From Lepidodermella squamata (lineage: Eukaryota; Animalia; Gastrotricha): a DNA stretch of 64,000 nt. Position 1 is the stretch's first letter, and each line of letters opens with the position of its first letter. This document shows positions 38,761 through 52,200 of the stretch, piece after piece. The notes under the pieces are model-generated. The model did not search any database and was not told the DNA's origin. It was given only the letters and a program-made list of their open reading frames with translations. Location of the stretch: positions 1-64,000 of the forward strand of contig JBLDXI010000048.1 of the NCBI GenBank assembly GCA_047495785.1, in the 5' to 3' direction. Position numbers and translations under genes: made by a program.

Positions 38761-41381
38761 CAACGATAAAGACTAGAGAGCCGAAATTGTAATCGGCTGG
38801 CGATTGTTTTAAATCGCAATTTTATAAAATTCTAGACTAATAAATGACATTATCAGCTGAATACATCACAGGGATTGGTGAAAGAGTGAGAAAACAACGA
38901 AAAACGAAAATTTGACATGGAACAAAGTTATAACAGGAAATCAGAGAGCAGGAGCCTTTCGTGTAACAAAATTATTGGGAAAATGGCCCAAAATCTGATG
39001 TACCTATGCGTGCCTTGTGCGCATCATCCCAGACAAACTATACATATGCTGTTCACGGTCACCTAACTTCAGCGCCCGATCCTCATGTTGCTCATTTAGG
39101 ACTCCCTTGTCGAATGCTGTCATTCTTTTAAAACATTAAAAATGGTGCAACTTGAAGGAAAATCGCCATAATAGTGTGCAATAAGCGTTCCACCGCGAAA
39201 GCATGATGAATGGTCCAGGAAAGTCCGAAGTCTAATAATTATTTCGAATTCCAGAAATTTTTGGTATGCTTTTAGGGTAGGTAAAATCGGGGACATTGTA
39301 TTGTTACACCAGCTAGCTGTTCAGTAGCTCCAATCTCCAATCTCCAATGAGCATCTATAAACGAAAGAAAAGTTTGAAGAGCACGTCAGTACGCTTCGTG
39401 ATGACTTTTCAGAATTCAGACGCATAATTACAAAGCACTGAACGCCGAACCCTAGTCTCATCAGTGTAGATAAGGAACATCGGAGCCAGAGACAAGAATG
39501 GCCTCCATGTCACCTTCCGCTACTTTATTCCAACTAAAATCGACGAGCGACGAGTCTTCTAAAAGTGACATTCGGAAACTAGTACCACAATGAATAAGAT
39601 CTCATAATTCAGTTGAGAAGTAAGTAGCAATAAGATAGCATCACCCATTGACGTAGATTGATTCTTAAGAATCAAAGTATTTATAAACTTGACTCTGCAA
39701 TCTCTAACCTCCAACAGCAAGGTTTCAGAATTTGGCTTGCCGCGGGAAGAAACTGAAGGCTGAGTACAACTTTCACCAAGCTTCAAGGGCACCAAGCTAA
39801 ATACAATGACACGCGAACGATAACATCAGTAGAGAACCAGAAGAGAAAATGGGGAAATGCGAGATTGGATGCTAAAAAGTGATTCAACGATTCTATCAGA
39901 AAAAATGGACGGAATGCAACCAGTAATCATTAACCAGCAAACACTGAGCTGTCTCTATCGAATTACACTCTCGGCCAGCGATGAAAGATATCGCCAAGGA
40001 TAAAAATATCAGCGTCGCGTAAACTGCCTGTTTTTGAGACTTGACAAACAAATAAATTTCAGTACATAATATCTAATAAAATATATAAATAAGTTTTAAA
40101 TGCAAATTATACATGTTATTAATGTTATGCGTGGCCGCATGCCAAGACGAAACTATTGCCTACTTTCAGGATTCAGGATTTCAGGATGCACTTCGCTCTT
40201 CGTCCGTTTTCCGATGGCTCAGAATACAGCAATCTTGAGCAATCTTGGATGGCTCAGAATACAGAAACACTTTTCTTGTACGAATGACTGTATGAATCGA
40301 GGTTCCGCAGGAACCGAAGATCGGGGTTCCAGATCGGGGGGAAATTATATTTCTCCATGGTTTGCCATAGACCATAGAGTATTCCCTTATTTCTGCATCG
40401 TTTTTTAGCCTCAATCATAGGAGAATTTTGCTGTTTCAGCCGAATATGCGGTAGAGATCCGATGGAAAGCATTATAATAATAAATAATTATAAATAATTA
40501 TAGGCTTGATAGCCTTCAGACTTTTGCCTCTCCTCGGAACCAGTAAATGACCTCAGGCTTATTCTTCACATTTCGGCTGGCTTTCTTCAACGGATGGAGT
40601 AATCCCCCGCTCCAATCTCATAATCGCAGTCATGAGGAAGCGGCTCTATGTTAATTGACAATAAAAATAAACCATGTACTTTAGTTGCTGTATCCCAGCC
40701 ACAATCGGAGCTGTCCAATGTGAATTTGGTAAAAAAAATGGAGAGTTCTTAATGTGCCTATTGAAAGCATGAGAACGCGCTAACCGCTGTCAGTGACGCT
40801 CTAACATTCGAAGTTTGTGGTTGAAAGGGTCACTAACCCTCGCTATCGCAGTAATAGTAGTCAACAATTTTTGTTGTTGGTTGTTGTTGTTGCCTAAACT
40901 ACGTGTAATGATTTCGCGTTGTAGCTTCCCGGCGCCTGCTGATAGTAGTGAGGATGGTCATATTTAGTATTTCTTTTGAAAAGTTCAGTGGATTTTTAAT
41001 GAATTGTAGCCACAAAAAGGAGATCACGGAGACGCCCGCTGTCCTCCAATTGTCCTCGGTCCTTGCGGCTGCAAAGCCCGCAAACGCGCAACACGCGCAT
41101 ATCTTGAGTAATGAAAAAGCTATCAGCTGATTTCCCCACAAATTTATATTTACATTTTTCTTCCACCATTATGTTTTCACTTATAAAGTTTCTGATGAAA
41201 AAAAACAACCACATTGGTGGGCGTTTCACACCTCCGATTCACCGGCGCTATAATGCCATCAACGAAAATGAGGTCGTAACGACAATTAATGGGTGTGACT
41301 TTTTGCACCAGACATGTCAACTTTGACCAGAAAATGTCTATTTCATCCAAGTACTTCAAATTTCCGACCAAAAATCAAGCC

Positions 41382-41499
41382 CATCCGCAAGAAAAATAAT
41401 ACAATGTTTTTCTTACGATTTGTCCGAGTCCGAATCCGAATGGAACGTTTTTCCATTGCGCATCATGCAATATCGAGATAACTATTTTTCTTGCGGATG
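41382..41499. repeat. 17-bp perfect inverted repeat (possible small MITE relic)
   Basis: CATCCGCAAGAAAAATA ... TATTTTTCTTGCGGATG. Confidence 0.55.
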
Positions 41500-43091
41500 A
41501 TATCAATTTTACTTAGAACCAAGCTCACTGAAAACTTAATATAAGCAGGTGGAAGAGCAAAGGGGCTATATGTGACCTTATATGTACGTACTTCAGAAGT
41601 TGATCGTTAGGTTCATTTTGAGGTAATAGGTAGTTAAACTGTTATGCTAAGTCAGACTTTATATAATTTGGGATAATTTTGAGTTATACCGATTTTTGCT
41701 AAAATATATGGTTTTCGGAATATTTTTTGAATTTGAAGTCGTTGGGATTGTTAATTAAGTATAATTTTATAGTCACTCGGCTTGGCTAGTGATCATAGTG
41801 ATAGAGACCAAATTTGAATTTAGGCAGGTTCCAAGTCAGTTATTTCAAGCCGCATTTTTCGTTTCCGGATGTAATACCTAATACATCCTGCTCAACAGCG
41901 TAAATGATATCCTTTCACTAGCATTGTTCGAAGTCGCTTTACTCGGTCTATTTGGAGCGTAGGTCATTTATACTTGATCGTTTTCAAGAGCGTCCACCTG
42001 TATTTGTTTCTTTTTTTCTTGGCGGCGAGGTAATTAGATATAAGTAAAGGTTTTTTTGACGCACTTGGCTAGCGCAATCAAGTAATCAACGGCCAGCGGT
42101 TCTGCCCAGGATGTCAGACTCTCAACAAAAAAAAGAAGAACGGGGACAGGCATAAGGCCTATCGCGTACACGAAGTGCAGCCGGGCTTGGCCAGCCGGTA
42201 GTGAAGCGCGCGGCCGGTCGGAAATGAGAAAGCGCGGCCAGTGATTTGATGATGCACCGCGCGGCCAGGTGAGCATGTCAAGTAGAATAAGTTTGTTATT
42301 CCGCGCGATCTGGTCGCTAATAAAATCAGTCGCGCTAACTTTCTGTGTTATTTTTTCGCCACAGCTAATCTCATCAAGTCGAAAAAATTCGACTCATTCA
42401 ATAGGTGTATGATTGAGACAGGTAAATAATATTATTATAAACAATACGAGGGAGTGCATTAACTCATCGCCTGGGCAATTCTCGAAGGCGAACTTCTCGC
42501 TCTGGCTTACATCGCCGTCAACACTGCCAGCAACAGGCCTGTTTATCGGCCGGGGTCATTAGCGCATTCAGTTTGCGCTGTTTGCTCGCTCAATGCGCCA
42601 GTGATGACTTTTTGATGGCGCCGCTATGGCCATCCACATCGATCGGGCAAACAGCACGCAATCACAGCGGCGCTTAGCGCTCGCAAATAACAACAACAGG
42701 CTGTTTTTTCGAGAGGTTCTCGACGCCGCCTCTCGACCGTGCCCGCCCGACGCTGCTTCCTGCCGCGGACAAGTCGCTGCGCGCTTCAACTTTTTGTCGA
42801 CGACACGTAGGTAACTACAACTGCGCATTCGCAGGTGCAAACGCGCTGCACCTGGCCCGTTTCGCCGCGTTTAATTGGCTTGGCCGCTGTAATGCGATAC
42901 ACTTTGTTTTGACGCCCTCAGTCGTAAAACGCCGATTATCGGCCGTCTCCTTATCATACCTCGAGTCTATATCTTCTAACTTCGCATCACATCTTCGTAG
43001 ATAATTTTATTTAGATTTTAATCTCATGAATTGGTGTGATTCGGCGCCTAAACGTTCATGACAGAGAAGTCGAGTAGTCCGCGTCGCCGCT

Positions 43092-46000
43092 ATGGCCGCC
43101 CGTGAGTTGTTCGGTCTCGCGTTGCTGTTGGCGCTAGCCATCGTCGCAGCGCATAGCGGCGGAACGGTGACAACAACACGTTCAAGTCGCACAGTCGGAC
43201 CGGGTCGCCGCACCCAAGCCGAGATGCGGAACACGGCAACGCGCAACGGTAGGTTTTTGGCAATCTATATAGCAACTTATAGCATTAGAAAAGGAGAGAC
43301 AAACTAGTAAAAAGCCGTATATGGCTGGGAATTTTGCCCAAAAAGCTGATGAATGAATAGCCCGATAACTTTTAACAACGTTGTGATTTTTTGGGAATCC
43401 TACTCGTAATCTGTACGCGTTTCAAGCCCATTCGAGGCCAATATCTTAGATCAAATCTTGAATTGGTTTTCAATTACCATTTAACAATCTCTTGAAATTT
43501 TAAACGATTTCAGAAGTTGCGACATCTACGCGACACCTGAGGGACGCTTCTAAGGGTATGATCGATCAGGAAGATGACTATACTGAGCAGACAGAGCGTC
43601 GTCCACATGATTTTGACGACGAATTGCCAGTTACGTCGACGCAAAAAGCTGCCGGTCGGAAAACGTTTCCGACGAGCAGTTTCAGGCGGCCGGAGCAGTC
43701 AGTCGAGTACCAACTCTATGCTGATCTTATAGGCGTCAACAGCCGCTATCTGAAACACGTGCGGCCTGTTGTAGATCATCACGATGCGATCATTGTTGAG
43801 GTTGGCATGAGTGTTATGATGATCGAGGAGCTGGTAAGGATTTAGAATCAGTGCCAAGATAACTGAGCTAAAATCAATAATCTATAGATTGAGCGCGATC
43901 AGATAATGATTATGGCGGCAGCTATCAAAATGGTTTGTCCAAATAACTTGATTTTATTCTTGGTAAACTTTTCTCTTTAGAAATGGACCGACTGCTTCTT
44001 ATCTTGGGACCCTATGGTGAGTCAATATTTCCTATCGCCTGTTTTAATTTCACTCAAACGTTAATACCTTAATTGCTAGCGCTACGGAAATCTAACTTGG
44101 CTAGCAGTTTCTAGCTCAGCGATTTGGGTACCAGATATTTCCATCGTCAACTCACCAGAACCGTTTTCAATGACTCGGAAAGTGACCCATGTTGACATCG
44201 ATCACAACGGAGAGGTCGGCTTTTACCCTTCAGGCCGACTGACGACCCGATGCAACCTTCACATCACTTATTTTCCTTTCGATCGTTAGTATTTTTCATA
44301 TCCTCAAGTGCTGCTTGTTAAAAGTTTTATTCTAGACCAACATTGCGAAGTTTTCCTTGAGTCATGGATTCACCCTAGCGATTACTTGAAAATCGTGCCC
44401 TATGAAAAGTACGGCAATACGGTCGATATAAAGGAGTATTACACGAACCACCAGTGGGCCATTTTGTCCTATGAAGTGAACATGGGCTCGGCTGATTACG
44501 ATGGCAAAAACTTCTCATCGATCACCTTCGTCTACATGCTGCGGAGGAAAAGCCAGTACTATTTCATGTATTTTATCTTTCCGCAGCTGCTGCTCGCCTT
44601 CCTGCAAACGCTTTCACACACTCTACCCGTCGAGCATCCTGGCCGTATGGCTATGCTCACCTCGGTGAGTCAGAATACCGCTTTAATGATATCATTCCAA
44701 GGCACTAAAATTGGACATTGGTATGAAATTCTTTTACGCCGATAGTTCGGATGAAACATAAGTTCATTTATAATTGACCCGGACCTCTCTAATGCCGGGC
44801 TAGTAAGGAAACGAAGCAATACATTGATGGCTTTCTGTTTCCGGGTGCAAAATTAGGTTGCCTACGAATTTAATTATAAATCCGCTCGAGTGATTTATTG
44901 ATTTGTCTCGAAAAAACTGGGCAAAAGTCGTGGCGTAGTTTTCTAGTTTCTCTTGTCCCATGAGAGCCATTGGTCGTAAACTAAATAAGATTGAAAGATG
45001 TTCATATTGGGAGCTTGAAGGATTCGAAGCGTCGTCATAGAGGAAAAATTAATTGTGCTGAATGTTAAATTCTGGCCGTAATTTCCGGACTCGTAAAGTT
45101 AAAGTAAAATGTGGCCTAATTTATTCCGGGAGCCATATATTACTAACCAGCAAAACTTAGGAAGCGCAAATATACTATACCTGCCCGTTTTGTCAACCTA
45201 TTTTTCGGCGAAATCATAGAATAGTACAGCGGAATTGAGTAACTCGATCACAATGTGATCCTATGGGTGCGAGAAGAATTCCCAGTTCTGCAGCTCCAAA
45301 ATGTGCACGAAAAAGCTAATATCTTGAATTTTGTCCGTCTTTCAGCTGTTTATCGGTACTTCGGTAACGCAAGCTGGCGTTGCCGTTCACATTCCGAAAT
45401 CATCCGAGTCAATGTCTCTGCTGCAAATATACATGACCATGATGTCTTGCAATCTCGTTTTCGCACTAATCGTCACCTTTTTCATGATGTACGCCGTGCT
45501 ACGCTTTCCACACGAAGAGCCATCTATACCCGCGCTTATGGTCGCATTCTTCTCCATCGTATGGCCAACACGGCCTGATGGTGACGAGGATTCAGATGTC
45601 CGTAGGCGGTCCGGCTCCAGCTTGCCGCCGCCTCCCCCAAGATCGCTACGCCTCATTGTAACACCAGCCGTTGCATCCGATGGCGAAACGGATCCTGGCC
45701 TCAGCGGCCATTTCAGTGGCTTTAGTACTGATTACGTGACCCAGGCCATGTCGCCAATGTCAGAGCCAGGCGCGGTTCCGAGACTTCTTTCACCACCTGC
45801 CAACTCGCCACCGCGACCGATGCGTCCTACTCGCTCAACCTTGGTGCCCATCAAGCAGTTAGCTGATGACTCGCAGATGGGCATGTCGAGTGCTGAAGAG
45901 CCCTCGCCGCTCAACGAGCCGGTGCAAAAGCGGCCGAAGAAATCGAAACGGCCGAAACGAGGCCAGGCGGCGCTCCTCGATGATACCAGGGAACTCAAGC

Positions 46001-46244
46001 GCCGGTGGCTTCTATACACGGTTGCCGTAGACAAGGTGCTCATGTATGCGTAAGTCAAATTGAAAATTTCTTTCTGGTGGGTAAGGGGCCTACATGTTAT
46101 GTTTTCTGTAGGAATGCGGCATGGAATATAGCCGTGCCGCTCGTGCTCTTCCTGATCATACCGGCGACAGCGGCGCCATTGTCACTTCACTCGGACGATG
46201 AGGCAGCAGGCGATATTTCACGGGAAGGCGGTGAAGCCGCGTGA
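43092..46244 (+). CDS. Cys-loop ligand-gated ion channel subunit, nAChR-like, non-alpha, divergent
   Basis: Signal peptide; HVRPV; KWTDCFLSWDP; IWVPDI; Cys-loop CNLHITYFPFDHQHC across an intron; LRRKSQYY followed by M1-M3, a P/S-rich loop, then W...VDK and M4. No vicinal Cys. Approximate exons: 43092-43247, 43514-43833, 43888-43932, 43981-44015, 44080-44284, 44336-44664, 45346-46048, 46111-46244. Confidence 0.92.
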
Positions 46245-46597
46245 CAACATCGAGAATCAAAAAATGTGCAGCTTGCCAACCTCGCTTGCTCCCATCAATT
46301 AATTCAGCAACGGAATTTGATTTCAAAAAATAAAAGCAGGATTGAAGAAGACGCAGATGCTCAGATTGTTGTTTATTTAGTTCTATATCCTATAAATTAG
46401 GAAGGCTATTTGTTAACTTTCGAGTTTCCTGTCGATTTTAGTGTGGACCCTTGTTAGTTGTTATCGCGGAAAAAAAATCAATGAGCAGCCAAAGCGTGAA
46501 CAAACGCGTGCGCAAGCGTTCATTTCGTTGAACATTTATATTTTTTTCACTTCCCACCTTTTTATCACTCATTCAACCGAATTAATTCAGCTAAAGA

Positions 46598-48154
46598 ATG
46601 GGAAGTCGCTACGTAAAGTTATGTTGGAACTTCAAGGTTCTTATGAAATGGACTCTTCTCTTTATCGCATCTGTGCTTGTCTTCTACTCAATACTGAATA
46701 AGGATGGCTTAGCTGTCAGATCCCGCCTGGAGAAACTTGGCGTTTCGAACATTGGCGCCACAAAGCCGTCCTCCGTTGATGAACTTTACGCCGAACTTGC
46801 CCAGGTTGACATGACTCCACGGCAAGCTCAGGCGGCAGCATTAGCTGAGTCCATCAAAAGCCACTACTTCTCAAAAATGGAGCGCAAGCTGAAGTCTGAG
46901 CCGATCGACAGCCTCAAATTCGTTTCGTCTTTCTGCAAACCAGCAATGGTTTCCAACTACTCGTGTTGCGACTTTATGTACCCAACCTTGTCACCGTCTG
47001 GCAGTTATTGCCAGTACGCCGAGCCGGACTGTTGCGGCATCGGTGATCGCCTCAGGGGCACTGTTATCGCTTTCTACCTTGCTATCGCTACCAATCGCAT
47101 TTTCAACATCGAATGGCGCAAACCAGGCGATGTCGCTGACTATTACGACGTGAATGACCATTTTTATAATTTGGAAAAGAAGCCGATTAAAGCGATTTTC
47201 GAAGCTCCTTACGATCATAACTCGACAAAATGGCTGTCCCATCGTTTTCCGATGGACAACATGCGTTACGCCCAACTGTTCGCTGGTAAAGAATTGGCGG
47301 AGAGCTATGGGGAGTTCAAGATTTGGCGAATGATGACGAATCGACATGCCGGGCTGGACTTTTTGCTGAAAAACCCTGTGTTCAAGGCTAATTTCGATGA
47401 AAACGCGCCCGGTTTGGTAGATCACAATAACGATTTCAACATTGCAATTTCAGCGGCTATGCGGCTTATTTTCGAGAAACCCAACAGGAAAATGAAAGCT
47501 CTATTCAATCGAATCATTGAAAATTCGATCGGACGAGAATTCTGGAAAACTTCGAAGAGGATCGGAATCCAACTGCGAACCTACGGTAGGCTAAATTAAT
47601 CTTTTATAACGTAGAATTCGTGCATATATCTGACTTTTGCAGCTATTGACAACGTCATTCGGGACAACATTCCAGAGGCAGATTGTTTTATGGTGGAAAT
47701 AAAGCAGTACCTGGCACAACCAGAAAATGTTGGGAAAAATGTCACGTTTTTCATGACAACCGACAGTGTGGCAGCATTCAACTATACTGAGCAGCTTTTG
47801 CAAGTCTTCGCGGCCCTAAATCCTTCTGTTACTATGAAATTGTTCACAACGGACGAGCGATACAATTTGTCAATCACACACATCGACGGCAGGCCGAATA
47901 AATTTGTTTGGGAGGGTGAAATCAGCGATGAGTTGTGGTATGAAACGGCCAAGACCTACGTCGATTGGCTGCTATTGACCAAAATGGACTTTGTTACTTC
48001 GAGCCGTAGTGGTTTCTCCGAATCGGCAGCTCATTGCTCTTTAACTCGCGTACGCCGTGTCGTAGGTCGTACGCCTTGCCGTGCTGACGATTTCACCGGG
48101 AAACCCATGCCTGTAACATCTACATCTGATGGATTTGACATCAATACAATATGA
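46598..48154 (+). CDS. Type II membrane fucosyltransferase-like glycosyltransferase (GT11/GT23/GT37-like fold); intron 47586-47642
   Basis: N-terminal TM segment; motifs GIGDRLRG, IGIQLRT, FFMTTDS and DWLLLTKMD...SRSGFSESAA. A GT-AG intron joins the two ORFs in frame. Confidence 0.8.
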
Positions 48155-48399
48155 GTGACGAAAATGATTAGACATTTAGAGAGAATGCTCACCTAGTTTC
48201 ATCTAGATCTGGTGGTTAGTCTCATGAATAAAAATTATGTGCTTATAGAATCAGGCAGGTTCTACGCCTTGGTATTTTTAGTTTTCGTTTTTCGGCGTGT
48301 GAGCACAAAATGTAAGGCGAAAGCCGAGACCACAAACTTTCAACGTCACAGGGAAGTGTGTTAGAAATAAACATTCGTGTGCTGCAGTCGAATTAAGCA

Positions 48400-48600
48400 C
48401 CCCCTAAGCTACTGGGGCATTTGGCTCAGATAGCCGCGCCGATCGGAACATTCAAGTGCGGTCCCTATAGCGCTACTGCGATTGTGACACGACGGATCAG
48501 GCGACGGGATCCTCAGATTGCCAAGTGGGACCCGCTTAACCAACCCGCGTCTCCACCAGGCCACCGAACCACCCATCAACTAACAACCCATCCTTAAAAT
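48400..48600. mobile_element. 201-bp insertion flanked by 12-bp direct repeats (candidate SINE or truncated non-LTR element)
   Basis: TCGAATTAAGCA at 48388-48399 and 48601-48612 bracket a GC-rich segment. Confidence 0.5.
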
Positions 48601-48717
48601 TCGAATTAAGCAGATATTCCAGGGTGACTAGGAATATTTCTCAGATTCATTTCACAAAAGTCAGTCAGCGTCTAGTCTCACAGCTGATATGCATACGATA
48701 ATTTTTCCTTTGATTTA

Positions 48718-48876
48718 CGGGTGTGGCGCGAACGCCGATACCCAAGTGAAATATTTTGCACCCGACTCCGCCGATGAGGCAGAGCGCAGGGGTCAGCGGA
48801 CCGAAGTGCAATGGCCCGCCTCGCCCTGGGGCGGCCCCCTTCGTGATCGAGGCGCATCCCAGTGCCAGGTAAGTTT
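48718..48876 (-). ncRNA. U1: U1 spliceosomal snRNA
   Basis: 5' AAACTTACCTGG; loop I GATCACGAAG; loop II ATTGCACT; helix H GCACT/GGTGC; SL IV GGCG-TTCG-CGCC; about 159 nt. Confidence 0.95.
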
Positions 48877-49001
48877 AGTGGCCAAAGGTACAGGCCAGTG
48901 CCCGCTTTTGATAATCTAACACGCCACAGATATCCAAATGATTTGCGTATGCGCCAAATCCAATCAAATTGAACGAAAAGAAGCAGTAAAAAAGTGAGCT
49001 T

Positions 49002-49073
49002 TAGCAGAGCGTAGTTTCGATCTACAGACCTCTGGGTTATGGGCCCAGCGCGCTTCCACTGCGCCACTCTGCT
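49002..49073 (-). tRNA. Initiator tRNA-Met(CAT)
   Basis: AGCAGAG start (A1:U72), GGG/CCC anticodon stem, ATCGAAA T-loop, T6 terminator about 10 nt downstream. Confidence 0.97.
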
Positions 49074-49272
49074 TCGCTGTATAAAAAGCGTCATTATTGT
49101 ACTCCTTGATCTTTGTTCCAACCGAAGTTGAATTTTTATTGCCTTCAATTGATTGGTAAATAATTATGGGGAGTAATCTTATTCAATGTTCTATCATTTA
49201 TTCTTCAGCGTAAATATCTATCCAAATTAGGAAAAATCAAGAGAGTTTTTCAGCAGCCCACGCATCAGCTGC

Positions 49273-52200
49273 TCATTCGTCGTCCGCATTTTTGTCGAAT
49301 GAAAACGGTGCGAATGAATAGCCCTGGCCACCGTAAAACTTGGACTGGAACTCGACCCAATGCAGACGGAGGGCGTGAAGGAAAGCCGAAAGGCCTTCCA
49401 TGAGCACAAGAATGCCAATGGTGAGCGATGCCCATACTGTGAATAGCACAAACATCATAGCGGCCCCGAGGTAGCTGGTTGTTCCGGCCGTAATCGGCAG
49501 CTTGAGCAGGTACATCCACAACACCTGCGACAATTCTACGTGGGCGAGGGAAAGCGCCCATAAACGGAGGTAAGACGCTGTGTGACTGACGAGGCCCAAG
49601 CAAAATTCGATAGTATGAATGGCTTGATGGATCAATTCTTCACTTAGGTCAAACTGTAAAGAATATATGACTTGATTGAAACCCGATAACGTGATCGAAA
49701 CACTTACGTGACCACCATGACCGTGACCGCCAGCTGGAGCAGCTGGAGCAGCTGGCTTCTTAGCCAGAGCTGCTGTATCCGCAGTTTCATCATCACTGCT
49801 TCTAGGGGAAGATTTCGCTCCCTCTTCATTTGCTAGGCGAGGAGGTTCGTAACTTCCACCAGGTAGCAAACCAGCTTCCGCAGCCTCGCGACGTTCCTTA
49901 GCGACAGCTCGACGCCACATAATCAACGGCTTGCTCAAAAGAAGCCATGGAACTGAAGCTACGGCCAAGATTACAAAAGCAGTTTGAAGAGGTTTCAGCT
50001 ATAATGAAAACAAGCTTTAGCCCTATTCGATGACAATTTAGTTCGCTTACGTCTTCGAAAAGTTGTTCAGCGCAAGTTGCACTTTTACCCTTGTAGGAGA
50101 AAAGGACCATGTTGATTACTCCGATTAGAATAGAAGGCGCGCAAGAGCTGTTTTCAGGCGTGATTGTGATCCATTTCCAGACAATGAGAACATCCATGTA
50201 ACTGTATGAGAAATATTGAATATCCAAATTCCAGATATTATTAAAAGACTGACATGAAGATGCATGACATGAAAATCAGCATAGGAATGAACTCGCAGAA
50301 AATGCTCAAGTAACGGCGGTAGTGAAGGTGGTTGCCAACGCTCAGAATCAGACCGAATAACATTTGAATGACACCAAGGATGACACTCATTTTCATCTTC
50401 ATCGAATCGCTGAACATGATTTCATTCTGTTAGGAATTGAATATTGAGTAAACATTCATCTTAGCTTCTCAGTAAAAATGCAACTAACAGTAGCTCCATT
50501 CCAAATAGGATCGAGTCCAAAAGCGTAAGGTTCGTCGACTACTGTCCTCCAGTTGGTGCGATTCACCGGTTCCAGCATCATGGTTGCGGCGTCTTGGTTG
50601 TCCATCGGAACGATGATCGTCTGATTTGGGCTGACGTACCATGAAGATGGCAAAATCCTCAGCGATTTGCTGAAAATGTCGTTGTAAATGAACCCGGTGT
50701 ACATCGAGAACAGGCCCATCAACATAATGATGTAACGACCGCCGAAAAACATGCTGAAAGTCTACTCAAAAAACGTTTCAGATCCTGAAGCGAATATTAG
50801 AAGAAATAAGTTTTACCTCGTCAGTTCTAGCACGTTTTATCAAGCTCTTCTCCTTGATAACCAAGAAAAGGCCCGCCAGGAACATAATCAAACCGTGGCC
50901 AATATCTCCGAACATGACAGCGAAGAGAAAGGGGAAAGTGATCGTGGTGTAAAGAGCTGGGTTGATTTCTCCGTAATTGGCAACACCATAGGAATGGACA
51001 ATGGATTGATAGGCGGACGTAAACTTATTCAGTCGAAAGTATGTTGGTGGGTCCATATCGGTCTCTCGAAGGTGGAGGAAAGAAGACACAGAGCTTCCGA
51101 CGCTTTGCTGTATAAGTTAACTTTGTCATCAAGATAATTTCATAATTCTATAGAAAGTACCGAAGCTTGGGCCAAAACCATTCTGATTCGTTCGATTTCA
51201 GCAGTTGGGCACCACCCATCTCCAATCAAGCACTTTGTCGAAACATCAACGTTGAATTTGTTCAGCTCGTGATAAACTGCTTTGACCTTGGCAACCTGGG
51301 CTTCCCATAAACGCAATTTCGCAGCAGCGTTTAGAAGCAAACGATGGCGATGGTCTTCAGTCTGGCTCAAAACTGAAACCAAATCAGCGATTCTGGTCTC
51401 AATGCCAGCTCTAACTCGCTGTCTCTCAACTTGTCCACTTGGAAACGTGTGAACAACGGCGTGGTAAGCATCGCAAATCTTCTTGATGCGAGACTTCAGC
51501 TGCTCACCCTGGAAAAAGGCGATGAAAACCTCCTTTGGCGGCTGGTTTTTCGTCAAATCAGCAGCCACGGACGTTGGGGCGTCGCTAGCTAGCGGAATCA
51601 CTGAAGCGTGACGCAGGTAGATGTTACCTCGGGCAACACGCCAAAGCATTCGCTCAAAACTCACAACCTTTTCACGAGGAATAACCCCGGAAATGAAGCT
51701 AGAATAGGATAACAATAGAATTTTTCTGGAACTTATTGTTGAGGCTCTTACTTCAAAGAAGCGAGCGAAGCCGTGTCTTGCATGATCATAGCTTTGTCCG
51801 AAGTGTCGGAGTCTTCAGCCGACGCTTCAACATGAATTTCCCCAGTGTTATCAGTGTGGAGTTGAACATAGGCCAATGTGTGGCGCATATCGATCAAGTC
51901 GATGTAGTTTCGCTCCAACGTTTGGGCATTCATGCTGACCTCTTTTAACTCTCCTTCGAGCTTTTCCAACGTGTTTTCCAACTCGCTCAGCTCTTTTGGG
52001 CCAGGCACGGGCGGATTATCGCCTGCTTCGAACATTCTGATTTCTACGAAAATTGAGAACTTGACATGAAAATCCAAGTCCAAAAATGGCGCAGCAGCTT
52101 ACGTTCGCACTCTTGAATCTCTTTATCAACGTAACGTAGAATGCGCTCCATCTCGTCACATTTGCGAATGTCGCTGGTGTATTTTCGCTGGAACGCGGTT

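Noticed and set aside
40213-40264. Repeated GATGGCTCAGAATACAG (CRISPR-like?)
   Set aside because: Only two copies with a self-repetitive spacer; a simple local duplication in a eukaryote.
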